DNA from: Patescibacteria group bacterium
GTDB taxonomy: Bacteria; Patescibacteriota; Patescibacteriia; Patescibacteriales; UBA12465
Assembly: GCA_041671365.1 (NCBI GenBank)
Contig: JBAZBP010000001.1
Coordinates: 389,518 to 453,517, forward strand
Direction of reading: 5' to 3'
Length of the DNA stretch: 64,000 nt
Part shown: positions 36,246 to 46,684 of the stretch, in pieces
How the letters are laid out: every line of letters begins with the position of its first letter
Position numbering within the stretch: the first letter of the stretch is position 1
The notes under the pieces: generated by a model
Databases searched by the model: none
Told to the model about the DNA's origin: nothing
The model's input: the letters and a program-made list of their open reading frames with translations, nothing else
Position numbers and translations under genes: made by a program

Positions 36246-37463
36246 TTTGAGAAGTTTTTGATAAAGGGCTAATACTTCTTTAATATTTTGATCGGGCGAG
36301 AAGGCTTCGACGGTTTTTTTAGCTTCCCGACCGATAGCTAATCGATCGATTTCAGTCAAACGTTTTATCTGTCTGACCAAATCATTAACATCACCGGGTT
36401 GAAACAGCAAACCGTTTTTATTTTCTTTTATCACTTCGGGCATACCGCCGATTCTGGATACGATGACAATCTTTCCCAGACTAAGCGCTTCCATTAAGCT
36501 TAAAGGCATGTTCTCTCCCCAAATTGAAGGAATAATGACGGCTCGAGCGTTCACGATAATCGGTTTTAACTCCTGATTATTTTTAAATCCGCTGAATTCT
36601 ACGGGCGCCCTCAGCTCTGTCGCCAATTTTTTTAGAGCGGCTTCTTCCGCTCCCTCGCCGACCAGTTTAGTTTTTTGGCCGGTGAGAGCAGCTGCTCGAA
36701 TCAAAGTCTCTAAGCCCTTTTCTGGGCTGAAACGACCAAAATACAAAAGATATTCGGGACTACGGTTATTTTTTTCGTCGCCGCGAGTTCCCGCCAATTC
36801 GGAGTTATAAGGGTTAAAAATAACCGAAATTTTTTCCGCCGGGTGTCCAAAATTAACGACAATTTCTTTCATAAAATTGCTGGGAGCAATAAACCAAGAA
36901 ACGTTTTGTTCATAAATTTTTAAAATCGAATGATGCCAATACATTTCTAGGGTACCCAGGGCGCTTCCGGCGAAAGAGTTTTTAATACATCTATTTTTTA
37001 GACATTCATAGTACTTGTTCGGCCGGCAGCGTTCACACATCATCCCTTTGGTAAATAAAGTGTGATTGGCGCAAATTAATTTATAATCTTGCAAATGCAG
37101 AACTACCGGTATTTTATATTTTTGGGATACGCTTAAAATCGAAGGTGATAGATGATGATAAATATTATGCAGGTGGATAATATCCGGCTGAAAATCTCTA
37201 ACCAACCGAGTAAATTTTTTTTTCGCTTCTAAACTATATAATACCCGGCCCGGCGTTTTTAACTTATCGATTAAATTGCCCTCGTTAAAGCTGATACGCG
37301 AAACGAAATAACGACTCCAAAGGGTCGGCCAATTTTTAGGATGATGCATGGAAAAGACGGCAACTTGATGTCCGGCCGCTTCTAAATTTTTCGTTAAATC
37401 GAGAAAATATTTATCGGCGCCGCCGCGAGGATAATAAAATTGATTAACTTGTAATATTTTCAT
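36243..37463 (-). CDS. GT4-family glycosyltransferase
   Basis: MKILQVNQFYYPRGGADKY, EGAEE.., PSIWGENMPLSLMEALS. Confidence 0.8.
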   Translation of the reverse strand: MKILQVNQFYYPRGGADKYFLDLTKNLEAAGHQVAVFSMHHPKNWPTLWSRYFVSRISFNEGNLIDKLKTPGRVLYSLEAKKKFTRLVRDFQPDIIHLHNIYHHLSPSILSVSQKYKIPVVLHLQDYKLICANHTLFTKGMMCERCRPNKYYECLKNRCIKNSFAGSALGTLEMYWHHSILKIYEQNVSWFIAPSNFMKEIVVNFGHPAEKISVIFNPYNSELAGTRGDEKNNRSPEYLLYFGRFSPEKGLETLIRAAALTGQKTKLVGEGAEEAALKKLATELRAPVEFSGFKNNQELKPIIVNARAVIIPSIWGENMPLSLMEALSLGKIVIVSRIGGMPEVIKENKNGLLFQPGDVNDLVRQIKRLTEIDRLAIGREAKKTVEAFSPDQNIKEVLALYQKLLK

Positions 37464-38586
37464 GGCTGATATTTTTTTTATTTAATAAATCGAAATATAA
37501 AACCTGATATCTTTTCGCAATTTTAGAAATATCATAATTATTAATTATTCGTTCCCGTAAGCGTTCGGCTCTGAAGTTAACTTCCGGACTATCAATATTG
37601 TTAGCGAGCCAATAAATTTTAGCCGCCCAGGCCGCCTCGTCGCCGGCCGGTACCGGCCAACCGGTGCCTTCATCAATAATCTCCCTGATACCGTCAACCG
37701 ACGAAGCGATTATTGGTAAACCGATTAAACCCGCTTCCAATAAAACCAGACCCTGCCCTTCCCATAAAGAAGGAAAAACAAACACATCAAGAGAATTAAG
37801 AAACCGAACCGATTCTACCGGACCGACTAATTTTATCTCCGTTTTTAATTTTGCGGCGGCTATTTCATCTTTTAATTTATGGGCGAGAGGTCCGACACCG
37901 GCGATCAGGCATAAATACCCCCGCTGTTTTAATTGCTTCCAAACGCGAATTAGGCCGGAATACCCTTTTTGCGGACTAAGCCGGCCGATTGTTCCGAAAA
38001 CTAGAGGTTTATTTTTTCTGACCTGATTAACGACAGAATTTTTAGCTTGATTTAAAAATTTATTTATTTCCAAACCATTGGGAATAACAATAATTTTATT
38101 TTCTTTGGTGCGATAACGAGAAATCAGATCGCTTTTAACCGCTTGAGAAATGGCGACAATCTTATCGGCATAACGGCCGGTGATTCTTTTGATAATATTA
38201 TTTAGCAGTTTTTCATCGGGATTAACATTTTGTTCCGTTGATAAAATAACCGGTATTTTTAATAACTTAGCCGCCAGTCGGCCGTAAATATCGCCGCCAA
38301 GCTGGGTATGGACAATTTCGGGATTAATTTTTTTCAAAACTTTAAATAGTTGCCAAAAATTTATTAGATCAATTTTATGTTTTTTTTCTAAAATAATAAC
38401 GGGAATATTTTTTGTGCTTAATTCGCTTAACCAATCGCCGCCGCGCTTAAACAAAATTAAAGTTGAGTTGAAAAATCGACTATCTAAATTAAGAATTAGA
38501 TCCGTTATAAATCTTTCCGCCCCGCCCTTGTCCAGCGAGGGCATAACATAAACAATCTTAATTTTATTTTGACGGCTTTGGTTCAT
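37444..38586 (-). CDS. GT4-family glycosyltransferase
   Basis: KIVYVMPSLDKGGAERF and PSLWEGQGLVLLEAG. 20-nt overlap with the downstream gene. Confidence 0.8.
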   Translation of the reverse strand: MNQSRQNKIKIVYVMPSLDKGGAERFITDLILNLDSRFFNSTLILFKRGGDWLSELSTKNIPVIILEKKHKIDLINFWQLFKVLKKINPEIVHTQLGGDIYGRLAAKLLKIPVILSTEQNVNPDEKLLNNIIKRITGRYADKIVAISQAVKSDLISRYRTKENKIIVIPNGLEINKFLNQAKNSVVNQVRKNKPLVFGTIGRLSPQKGYSGLIRVWKQLKQRGYLCLIAGVGPLAHKLKDEIAAAKLKTEIKLVGPVESVRFLNSLDVFVFPSLWEGQGLVLLEAGLIGLPIIASSVDGIREIIDEGTGWPVPAGDEAAWAAKIYWLANNIDSPEVNFRAERLRERIINNYDISKIAKRYQVLYFDLLNKKNISHENITS

Positions 38587-39850
38587 ATTTTTTTTCTAAT
38601 AGTCTAACCGCTACCAAAGCTAAGGTAATTGGCAGCCAAATTTTACCTTGATAGTAGGAGGTATTGAAAAATTGAAAAAACAATCCGCCGGCGCCGGCTA
38701 AAAATAACGGTAAGAGCCAGGGGTTGCCGGTTTGATATTTTTTTACAGATTCATAACTGATTTTTATCAGATAAATCATAATAAATAACCAAGCCGCTAA
38801 ACCGAAGATGCCATTCTCAACCAGAATTTTTTGCAAGAATCCGTGTGAATCTATCGGAGAACCGAACTTAGCGATAAAACGAATATTATGACTTATAAGA
38901 CTAACATACTGGCCACTACCTTGGCCAAGATAAGGTTTGGCCAAAAAAGCTTGCCAGGAAATTTCTGTCAGCAGCCGGCGACTCGCGGTTGAACCGGCGT
39001 TATCTTGCTGAAATTGATCCATTTTCCAGCCGAGCGGCGAGAGAATCAACAGCAAAATGATAGTAGTTATAATAATGTTTTTCGACTGATAATTTTTTAT
39101 TCGCAAATAATACCAAACATAAATTAGAATTTGTAATAATAAAGTAATCCAAGCGGCGCGAGAAAATGTCAAAATAATCGCGAAAGCCGTTAAAATAAAA
39201 ACTATATTCAACAAACGCTTAAACCCCCGATGTTTTATCAGCGCTTTTAAGACTAAAATCAAAAATATTCCGATGTTTAAAAACTCGGCAATTAAATTAT
39301 GATTCTGTCCAAAAGGATAAATACCCCACCAGCCGATAGTATTTAATTGGTATAAATTATTATGCCAATCTTGGCCATAGAGCGACAAATAACCGCAAAT
39401 TAAGACAACGCTAGCGCCGGCCAGCAGAGCGGTTATGGTCCGCTTTAATATCCGACCGTCGATAATTAAATTATAGGGCAAAAATATATAAGCAAAATAT
39501 AGAAAAACCGGCCAGCGGGCGATATAGTATAAAGAAGAAAACGGTTGAGACGAAAAAATGGCTGATAAAATATTAAAAAATAAGAAAACAGCAAAAGGAA
39601 AAAATAAGGGCCAAACGATTGGTTGTTTTGACGAAAAATTAAAAAAGAAAAAGAAAACGGTTCGCAAAATGAAAGCTGTTAAAACTAAAAGTGCGAGAAG
39701 ATCAATCAAGGGGAGCAAAAAACCGTAAATATCAAAAGACCAACCGCTTACCGGCAGCAAAAAAGCCATTAAGTATAAACCAATTAGCGGTTTAACCAAA
39801 AAAATGGCTAAGAATAAAACTAAAGCTAGAATAACGAATATAGTCCACAT
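38564..39850 (-). CDS. O-antigen ligase/polymerase-like (Wzy_C) membrane protein
   Basis: About 10 TM helices and the FSRAAWITLLLQ motif. Confidence 0.6.
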   Translation of the reverse strand: MWTIFVILALVLFLAIFLVKPLIGLYLMAFLLPVSGWSFDIYGFLLPLIDLLALLVLTAFILRTVFFFFFNFSSKQPIVWPLFFPFAVFLFFNILSAIFSSQPFSSLYYIARWPVFLYFAYIFLPYNLIIDGRILKRTITALLAGASVVLICGYLSLYGQDWHNNLYQLNTIGWWGIYPFGQNHNLIAEFLNIGIFLILVLKALIKHRGFKRLLNIVFILTAFAIILTFSRAAWITLLLQILIYVWYYLRIKNYQSKNIIITTIILLLILSPLGWKMDQFQQDNAGSTASRRLLTEISWQAFLAKPYLGQGSGQYVSLISHNIRFIAKFGSPIDSHGFLQKILVENGIFGLAAWLFIMIYLIKISYESVKKYQTGNPWLLPLFLAGAGGLFFQFFNTSYYQGKIWLPITLALVAVRLLEKKYEPKPSK

Positions 39851-39882
39851 AACTGACTTAATAATATACTAAAATTAGGAAT

Positions 39883-39909
39883 AAAAAAAGGGCTGAAATG
39901 TTCCAGCCC
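39883..39909 (-). terminator. rho-independent terminator
   Basis: GGGCTG / CAGCCC stem. The plus-strand A7 gives T7 on the minus strand. Confidence 0.6.
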
Positions 39910-39939
39910 TAAAACGTCAAAATGTTAAAACGTTTTGTT

Positions 39940-40974
39940 TTAACGATCCTTTTTTTGAATTTCAGCGTTACTCTTAGAAGGAGTGATGTTTATTATTCCC
40001 TTTTCAAAGTAACCCCTGATCTCAATCTTTTCTAATTTTCCGAGATCAGTCGGAAATTCCGGATAGGGGTTCGAATTGTCTTGCCCAATAGCGACATAAA
40101 CATTGTGACCCAGCAGTTTAGCGCTTAAATACGCGAAGTCTAAATCCTTAGCGGATTTGATTTTTATTATGGTATAATCACCGGTTTTTCGACCGTTAAT
40201 CAGACACTGCCACCAACCACCGTCGTAATCATCTCCTAAATAATCATTGCGCCAATCCTCGAACATTCGGCCATCCAAATCATCCATGTATTCGACCGAT
40301 CCTTTGTTGGCAATGAGGATAAATTTTTTTCCCATCACTTGGCGAATTTTATGCAGGAAAGATTTAACTCCCTCCGACATATTATTATCCAGGATATAGT
40401 CCAGATCTGGTTGCCCGTCATTATCGGCGTCGATCTGTTCTCCCTTACCGCTGTAAAGCCAAGCCCACTTCCCTGAACCGTTGTCACAGAAGTAGCCATC
40501 AACGAGAGAATCTCTTAGAATTCCATTTGTTAATTTATCTGCATACCAATCAGTATACGTTTGCCCATTTATTTTTGGACAAGTTGAGGAAACATTCAAC
40601 ATTCTCATTTTTGGCGTAAAAACTGCTTCGTTTCTTCTATCCGTCTTCAATAACCAAACCGGAAATTTAGTGTATATTTCATTGGCGAGAGCTTGTTGCC
40701 ATGGTCGATTTATTCCGGCATTCGGGAAAACTTCTAACAAGTTAGTGTAAATTATTAAAAGAATGTTCGGATTTAGCTTTTTTAAAAGCTGAAGGTTTTC
40801 CCGATTGTTCTTCCAATTATCGACATCTACAATTATTAAATCGTTCCCAGCCAGAGATTTAGCCACAGTCTCGCTCATTTTAGGTGATGTCCAATAATTA
40901 GCCTTTAATATTTTTTGGCTGAAAATAGGTAGAGAGTAAACGACAACTAACAGAATTATTAGTATTTTTTTCAT
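39940..40974 (-). CDS. secreted glycoside-hydrolase-like TIM-barrel protein, paralog of the N-terminal domain of 19213..21246
   Basis: Signal peptide MKKILIILLVVVYSLPIFSQ; DLIIVDVD, NPNILLIIYTN, DGYFCDN, GRMFEDW line up with the motifs of the 677-aa protein. G+C-richer lines. Confidence 0.5.
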   Translation of the reverse strand: MKKILIILLVVVYSLPIFSQKILKANYWTSPKMSETVAKSLAGNDLIIVDVDNWKNNRENLQLLKKLNPNILLIIYTNLLEVFPNAGINRPWQQALANEIYTKFPVWLLKTDRRNEAVFTPKMRMLNVSSTCPKINGQTYTDWYADKLTNGILRDSLVDGYFCDNGSGKWAWLYSGKGEQIDADNDGQPDLDYILDNNMSEGVKSFLHKIRQVMGKKFILIANKGSVEYMDDLDGRMFEDWRNDYLGDDYDGGWWQCLINGRKTGDYTIIKIKSAKDLDFAYLSAKLLGHNVYVAIGQDNSNPYPEFPTDLGKLEKIEIRGYFEKGIINITPSKSNAEIQKKDR

Positions 40975-41088
40975 GATTTCTTTTCCTTTTTATATTTATT
41001 TTTTAAATGACACATTATCGGTTATTAACGAAAACAATCAATTTAAGTTGATTGTTTAGTGTATAATATTTTTTAGTTTTAGTCAAGG

Positions 41089-41757
41089 CTATTTTTCTAG
41101 AAATAAAACGCAATGCCCCATAATTCCTCGCCATTTTAATTTTTTTAAAATTTTATCGTAGGTTTTTCCTAAAAAATTTAAAATTGGGAAATGGTAGAGA
41201 TAAGAATAAATTGCTGGAAAACGTCGATCCTCTTGTAGTTTTAATCCATTATTTTCAAATAATTTTATTAGCTTTTCTATACTGCCATAAGCGTATTTAA
41301 CCGGATAGGCCGGATCATGACCTTTTTCACGCAGTAGTTGGTGAAAAGAAGTCGGAGTTATGCGGGCTAAGCGGAATTCCGGAGCCCGGGGGTTAGATAG
41401 ACTAATTATAAGTTTCCCCCCCGGTTTTAAAATACGAGTTATTTCGGAGGCGGCCGCCAGCGGATCGGAAATATGTTCTAAAACAAAATTGGCGAAAACG
41501 CAGTCGTATTCGTTAGAGTTAATGGCTGTCATTTTTTCTAAAGGACAAATAAAACTTTGTCCGATGTATTCTTTAGAAACAGTATTGGGCTGGATATCCG
41601 ATCGGTCGCAAACAAAATTAATGCCGTCTTGGATTAATTCCTCTTCGATAACGACACTTTGAGCCGCTCCTAAATTAATAATTTTTGATTTTCCCGAAAC
41701 TAACTTTAGAATTTTTTTTAAAAGTTTAATTAGGTATTTTTCGGCGTCATTCTGCAT
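41089..41757 (-). CDS. class I SAM-dependent methyltransferase
   Basis: DCVFANFVLEHISDP and LKPGGKLIISL. Confidence 0.7.
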   Translation of the reverse strand: MQNDAEKYLIKLLKKILKLVSGKSKIINLGAAQSVVIEEELIQDGINFVCDRSDIQPNTVSKEYIGQSFICPLEKMTAINSNEYDCVFANFVLEHISDPLAAASEITRILKPGGKLIISLSNPRAPEFRLARITPTSFHQLLREKGHDPAYPVKYAYGSIEKLIKLFENNGLKLQEDRRFPAIYSYLYHFPILNFLGKTYDKILKKLKWRGIMGHCVLFLEK

Positions 41758-41761
41758 ACTT

Positions 41762-43657
41762 TTAATATAATTGAAATATCCGATTACTATTTAAATCAGT
41801 TGACCATTTTTTGTTTTGGCCGCGACCAGGGTTGAGACTGACCGTCAAACTTTCGATTCTCTGTCCGGCTTGTCGTTCGACGAATAACTGGTAGTTTTTA
41901 GCTTTTAGCTCTTCATTAATAGCTTGCGGTAAACGATAGCTTAAAGTTATTTCTCGTGAACTGCCCGGTTCAACGGTAAAGAAGAAGCCGAAAACGGTTT
42001 TATTAAGAATGGGATCTTCGGTTACACTAATATCCGCCGTCGTTTGATCGACACCGTTAAGGGCGACAAGCTGGCTGTCCAGAGGAGCATAAATCCTAGT
42101 GTAACTACGGTAACGAGTCGTACGCCAATCAAATTCGCCCTCGTGGCGATAATTCAACTTAACGGTAGCTTGAGCGCTTTGATTATTTACCGCTAAGCTA
42201 TAACTTAGATTTTTTTTAACCACCACATCACTTTTAAAGGCGGCCAGATTAGAATCGACCACCATTAAAAAATCTTGATCGGTATTAACAACTTCACCGC
42301 TGGCTCCCAGAGTTCGAACTAGATCTTCCCAGCCGGGATTAAAAAAATACATTTGAATATTTTTTTTCGTGACACTATTATCTAAAATGCTAAATAATTT
42401 AGTCCAATCGGCCGACGGAAGATTAAATAAACGCGTTTTTAATTTAGCCACCAGTTCGTTGATAATATTTTTTCTATCCCAGGAAGAAATAGCCTGATCT
42501 TTATAAGCTACTTCGACATTATATTGCAAAAGTGCTTGAAAATTATCCGAATTATAAGTAGCCCCATTAACCGTTATCGGTCCGACTAACTTTATTAAAT
42601 CAGCTACTAAGTCGGGAGTAATCGCAATAATCCCGGTAAACAAATCGCTGGGCTGACCGATAGCGATGCTCTCGCCGTTATAAATCTCAATAATTTTCTT
42701 GGCTGACTGCGGCCAATCCGGCGACCAATTGGCATCGCGCAGATACCATTTCTCTACTTTTAAATATTTCTTTAACGGAGCCGGCGGCTCCAAACTCCAA
42801 TTAATACTTTGCGAGGCGGGCATATCTAAATGATAGCTATCGTCGGTCTTCAAAGAAATAATTGTCCCATTTTTTACATCTAGAATACCGTAAACACCAA
42901 TAAATCCGCCAGTAGCACGCAGTTCATCGTTGTTTTGTAAAATAAGAAGATATCGGCTGTTATTCGGATATCCTGCTAAAGCAGGCAGCAATTTAATCAC
43001 TGGCGAAATCTTACTCATTATTACGGAAGCTTGTCTTAATTCTTGTTTAATATTACTAATTTGACTGAAAATCGGCCAGAGAACGCCAATTTGATGAATC
43101 CGATCAAGATTTAAAGTAGCTAAATCTAAATTAGCTTTCAGACCACTAAGTTCTGGTTCTGATTCGTAAATTAATTGAAGAAAACTACTTTTATCATTAA
43201 GAGATAAATCAATAAAATTACGGCTGGCTGTTCCCGAACGAATATCGTCCAATTTCTGAACAATAGGCAAAACCCTTTTTAGAGATCGACTTAAAATTTC
43301 TCCGGTTTGAAGCAAGTATTCCAAGTCATTAATTTGTGAAACAATCAGCCCAACGTTACGAATCGTAGAGTGTTGACGTGAATCATTTAGGGCGTTTAAA
43401 GCCTCAGAAAATTTTAATTGAGCTTCGGTGTCCGCCTTTAAAGCGGCTGACCAGTCTTGCACTTTTATGGCCGTAACGGCGGAAGTCAAGGCCGCCTTAG
43501 CCGCTAAACCGGCCGAGACAGCTTTCTTAAAATCACCATAAGCGCTGCTTAGTAAAATTATAAGTAAAATTATACCGCCAAAACTGATTATAGCTAAATA
43601 TTTTAATGCCCGCAAAATCAGCTGGCCGACAAAAATAAAATGTTTTTTTACATTCAT
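41762..43657 (-). CDS. DUF4012 domain protein (envelope-locus associated)
   Basis: N-terminal TM and LLILQNNDELRATGGFIGVYG, the signature as I recall it. Confidence 0.55.
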   Translation of the reverse strand: MNVKKHFIFVGQLILRALKYLAIISFGGIILLIILLSSAYGDFKKAVSAGLAAKAALTSAVTAIKVQDWSAALKADTEAQLKFSEALNALNDSRQHSTIRNVGLIVSQINDLEYLLQTGEILSRSLKRVLPIVQKLDDIRSGTASRNFIDLSLNDKSSFLQLIYESEPELSGLKANLDLATLNLDRIHQIGVLWPIFSQISNIKQELRQASVIMSKISPVIKLLPALAGYPNNSRYLLILQNNDELRATGGFIGVYGILDVKNGTIISLKTDDSYHLDMPASQSINWSLEPPAPLKKYLKVEKWYLRDANWSPDWPQSAKKIIEIYNGESIAIGQPSDLFTGIIAITPDLVADLIKLVGPITVNGATYNSDNFQALLQYNVEVAYKDQAISSWDRKNIINELVAKLKTRLFNLPSADWTKLFSILDNSVTKKNIQMYFFNPGWEDLVRTLGASGEVVNTDQDFLMVVDSNLAAFKSDVVVKKNLSYSLAVNNQSAQATVKLNYRHEGEFDWRTTRYRSYTRIYAPLDSQLVALNGVDQTTADISVTEDPILNKTVFGFFFTVEPGSSREITLSYRLPQAINEELKAKNYQLFVERQAGQRIESLTVSLNPGRGQNKKWSTDLNSNRIFQLY

Positions 43658-43662
43658 AAAAT

Positions 43663-44259
43663 TTAAGAAGATTTATGAATATTGTCTAACACCACCAAAG
43701 TTTTTCCCTCTAAAATATTATATAAAAAAATATCCATAACATTTTCACGATAATGGAATTCTTTCACGCTTAAAATAGTAAAGTTTATTTCTCGGCCCAG
43801 GTCTTTTTCTAATTCGTGCAAAAGCTTTAAAAAAACACTGCGTTTAATCGAACCGACCACCAATAGATCAGTTTGTGCTTCCGGATAATTAGTAAATAGG
43901 CCGGTCAAGGCTATAAATTTAGGCTGGCAAATTTTTTGCAAACCGCTAATAAATTTTTGGCTAAAAAGAACTTGAGCTTTGGTAAATAAAGCTTTAATCT
44001 CCGGATAAAGCAAAAAGTCATCATTAGTACTATAAACTTTTATTTTTTTATTCTTTTGATCACTCGCTTCATTTTCAAGGAGTACTTCCTCTCTAATTAA
44101 TCCAAATTTGATTAAATTAGCCAGTTCATGCCGCATCGAAACGGCCGGCAGATTTAAATCCCGAATTAACTGTTTTTGTTGATATTTTTTTTCCGGAGAT
44201 AAAAGAAAAAGGTTAAGCATCTTTACCCGCGAGACTGAACCGAAAATTAATCCTAGCAT
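43663..44259 (-). CDS. putative winged-helix transcriptional regulator
   Basis: N-terminal SRVKMLNLFLLSPEKKYQQKQLIRDLNLPAVSMRHELANLIKFGLI. Confidence 0.4.
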   Translation of the reverse strand: MLGLIFGSVSRVKMLNLFLLSPEKKYQQKQLIRDLNLPAVSMRHELANLIKFGLIREEVLLENEASDQKNKKIKVYSTNDDFLLYPEIKALFTKAQVLFSQKFISGLQKICQPKFIALTGLFTNYPEAQTDLLVVGSIKRSVFLKLLHELEKDLGREINFTILSVKEFHYRENVMDIFLYNILEGKTLVVLDNIHKSS

Positions 44260-44344
44260 ATTTCTTTATTTATAAATTTATAGTATAATATTCAACAGAA
44301 ACAGTCAAACCGTAAAATAGTCAAAAATTTGATATTTTAGGCCT

Positions 44345-46621
44345 ATGTATAACAAAATTGCTTCAATTATTTTAAACTCCGCCAAGGCGGACGGGTTAAG
44401 TGATGTTTTTGTTGCTCAACCCGATTCCTTAAAGGAAAATTTAGCCGGCAAAATTTTTGTGATCGCCGAAATCGGCGGCAAAAAAACTGACGGACGAAAA
44501 ATTTTTGATTTTCTAGTAAGCGCTTTAAACGATAATTATTATAATGATGATAAAATCTTATTCAGGGGAAAAATAGAAGGTTTAAAAATTGAAAACATAT
44601 TCGAAGCCGCCATCGCCAAGACCAATAAAAATTTAGCAGATTTTTTAACGATTGAAAAAATAAAAATAAATGCGGCCGAAACCAATATAACCTTGGGGGT
44701 GATTTATGAAAATAATTTACATTTTACCACGGTTGGCCGCAATCGGGCCTTGCTTATTTATCGTCATGGCGAAGAATATGAAGTTATTAATGTTGAAACT
44801 AGCGCCACTGAAGTACCGATTGAAATTAATACGAACGAATCAACGTCAGCGGCAATTCCTAAATTATTTTCTTCCGTAATTAGCGGCGAAGTGCCGCTTA
44901 ACTCCTACTTTGTTTTTGCCAGCGAAGCTTTGCCGGAGTATTTGTCCGGCCGAGAAATGATTAAAATCATTACTAAATTACCGCCGATTACTGCCGCCGA
45001 ACAGATAAAAAACGTTTTGATGAAAATTAATACTTACGTGCCGTTTTTAGGAATAATTATTAAAAATACAACCGGCTCAGCCGGTCAAGAAATTAAAGAG
45101 GAGCCGGAGGAAGCCTCTTCGGCTCATAGTTCAATTTCGTCCCTAAACTATACGGAAGCAAAAACGGAACAAATGCTAGCGCCGGCAGGATTGATTAGTT
45201 TTTCTAAATTTTCTAAACAAATTAAAAAATTGTTCGCTAATTGGCGATCCGTCTCTTCCCGCCGGAATAAAAAATATATTTCGTCCGATGAAAAAACAGA
45301 AAATTCCGCTTCCCAACCGCTTCCCTCGGCAATTTTAAATCTGGGGACAGTCAATAGCTTAAATTCGATACGTCCCGATTCTTTTCTGATCAAAGATAAA
45401 ATATTTTTTAAAAAGAAAACCGGACGGCTATTTTCCTTTATCAATAAATTCCGTTTATCTTTAGTCGGTTTTCTAAATCCTAAAATGTGGTTTAGTTTGG
45501 GCGGTCATTTAAAATCCGGAATACTGGGATTAAATGCTAAAAATCGTTGGTTACTGATAACGCTCGGCGCTATTATAATAATTTTTACGGGCAGTCTTAT
45601 TTTTACGAACTGGAATCATAAACGTCAGCTTGCTCAAACTAATTTTAATAATTTAGTTACCGCTATCGAAGATAAACAAAATTCTATCGATGCTCATCTG
45701 CTCTATAACGATAACGCCGGCGCGGGACAAGTTTTAGTTGAAGCCCAAGCTCTTTTAAGTTCTCTGTCGCCGGCCGTCGACGGACAGCAGACCGAATATC
45801 AACGTTTAGCCGATGAACTCGGTAGCGCCGCGGCCAAAATCCAGAAAATAATTAAAATTGATCAAGCGACTAAAATTAATGACCTGAGCGGTTTAGGAAT
45901 AAATAGTCTGGTTTATGCGGGCAGCAAGATTTATGGTGCAGGCGGAAAATTTATTTATGATTTAACTCCAAATTCCTCTTCCTCGACTAAAATGGAAATA
46001 AAAGGAGCAAATAATTTGATTAATCCTTTTTATGACCGCCAGAATAGTCTTTATTACTGGGACAATAATTTTTTAGTCCAATATAATATTAAAACTAAGA
46101 ACAGCAGTCGATTCAGCGTCAATATCGATCAAACGTCCAAACCCACAAGTTTTAAAGTCTATCAGGATAAATATCTTTATCTGATAGCTAAAACCAATAA
46201 TCAAATTTATAAATATACCAAGAGCGCCTCGGGATTTTCTGCCAAGAATGATTGGCTAAAGGAAAACCTGGATTTAAGCCTAGCGACCGATTTATTTGTC
46301 ATCGATGGGGATATCTACGTTTTAAATAATAACGGCGAGGTTCTAAAGCTTTACATAAATAAAAAAGCTGATTACAAGGCGAGCGCTATTCTGCCGGTTA
46401 TGACCAATGCCAGTAAATTTATAGTTGGGGCTAACTATATTTATATTTTTGAAGCTGGTTCTAAGCGTTTGGCCGTCCTGAGCAAGAAAGACGGTTTGTT
46501 GGTTAATCAATATCAGGTTAATTCCCTAACCAATCCCCGAGACTTCACCGTAGATGAGGCCGGAAGAACCGCTTACTTTTTGGACAATGAGGCTGTTTAT
46601 AAAATTAGTTTGAATCAATAA
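44345..46621 (+). CDS. hypothetical large protein with central TM helix
   Basis: TM WLLITLGAIIIIFTGSLIF. The C-terminal half looks beta-propeller-like. Confidence 0.5.
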   Translation: MYNKIASIILNSAKADGLSDVFVAQPDSLKENLAGKIFVIAEIGGKKTDGRKIFDFLVSALNDNYYNDDKILFRGKIEGLKIENIFEAAIAKTNKNLADFLTIEKIKINAAETNITLGVIYENNLHFTTVGRNRALLIYRHGEEYEVINVETSATEVPIEINTNESTSAAIPKLFSSVISGEVPLNSYFVFASEALPEYLSGREMIKIITKLPPITAAEQIKNVLMKINTYVPFLGIIIKNTTGSAGQEIKEEPEEASSAHSSISSLNYTEAKTEQMLAPAGLISFSKFSKQIKKLFANWRSVSSRRNKKYISSDEKTENSASQPLPSAILNLGTVNSLNSIRPDSFLIKDKIFFKKKTGRLFSFINKFRLSLVGFLNPKMWFSLGGHLKSGILGLNAKNRWLLITLGAIIIIFTGSLIFTNWNHKRQLAQTNFNNLVTAIEDKQNSIDAHLLYNDNAGAGQVLVEAQALLSSLSPAVDGQQTEYQRLADELGSAAAKIQKIIKIDQATKINDLSGLGINSLVYAGSKIYGAGGKFIYDLTPNSSSSTKMEIKGANNLINPFYDRQNSLYYWDNNFLVQYNIKTKNSSRFSVNIDQTSKPTSFKVYQDKYLYLIAKTNNQIYKYTKSASGFSAKNDWLKENLDLSLATDLFVIDGDIYVLNNNGEVLKLYINKKADYKASAILPVMTNASKFIVGANYIYIFEAGSKRLAVLSKKDGLLVNQYQVNSLTNPRDFTVDEAGRTAYFLDNEAVYKISLNQ

Positions 46622-46629
46622 CTACTAAT

Positions 46630-46662
46630 AAAAAACCACCAGCCTAAAGCTAATGGTTTTTT
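46630..46662. terminator. probable bidirectional terminator
   Basis: Imperfect stem CCACCAGC / GCTAATGG flanked by an A-run and a T-run. Confidence 0.4.
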
Positions 46663-46684
46663 AATTCTATCGATAAAGTTGTGA

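Noticed and set aside
41032-41057. Hairpin AAACAATCAA/TTGATTGTTT after the methyltransferase gene as an intrinsic terminator
   Set aside because: The stem is A/T-rich and the downstream U-tract on the minus strand is interrupted (TTTTCGTT). Too weak to call confidently.
44345-45100. N-terminal region of the 758-aa protein as a PP2C-like phosphatase
   Set aside because: There is only a loose resemblance in strand pattern, and the metal-binding Asp/Gly motifs are not present. Left as hypothetical.
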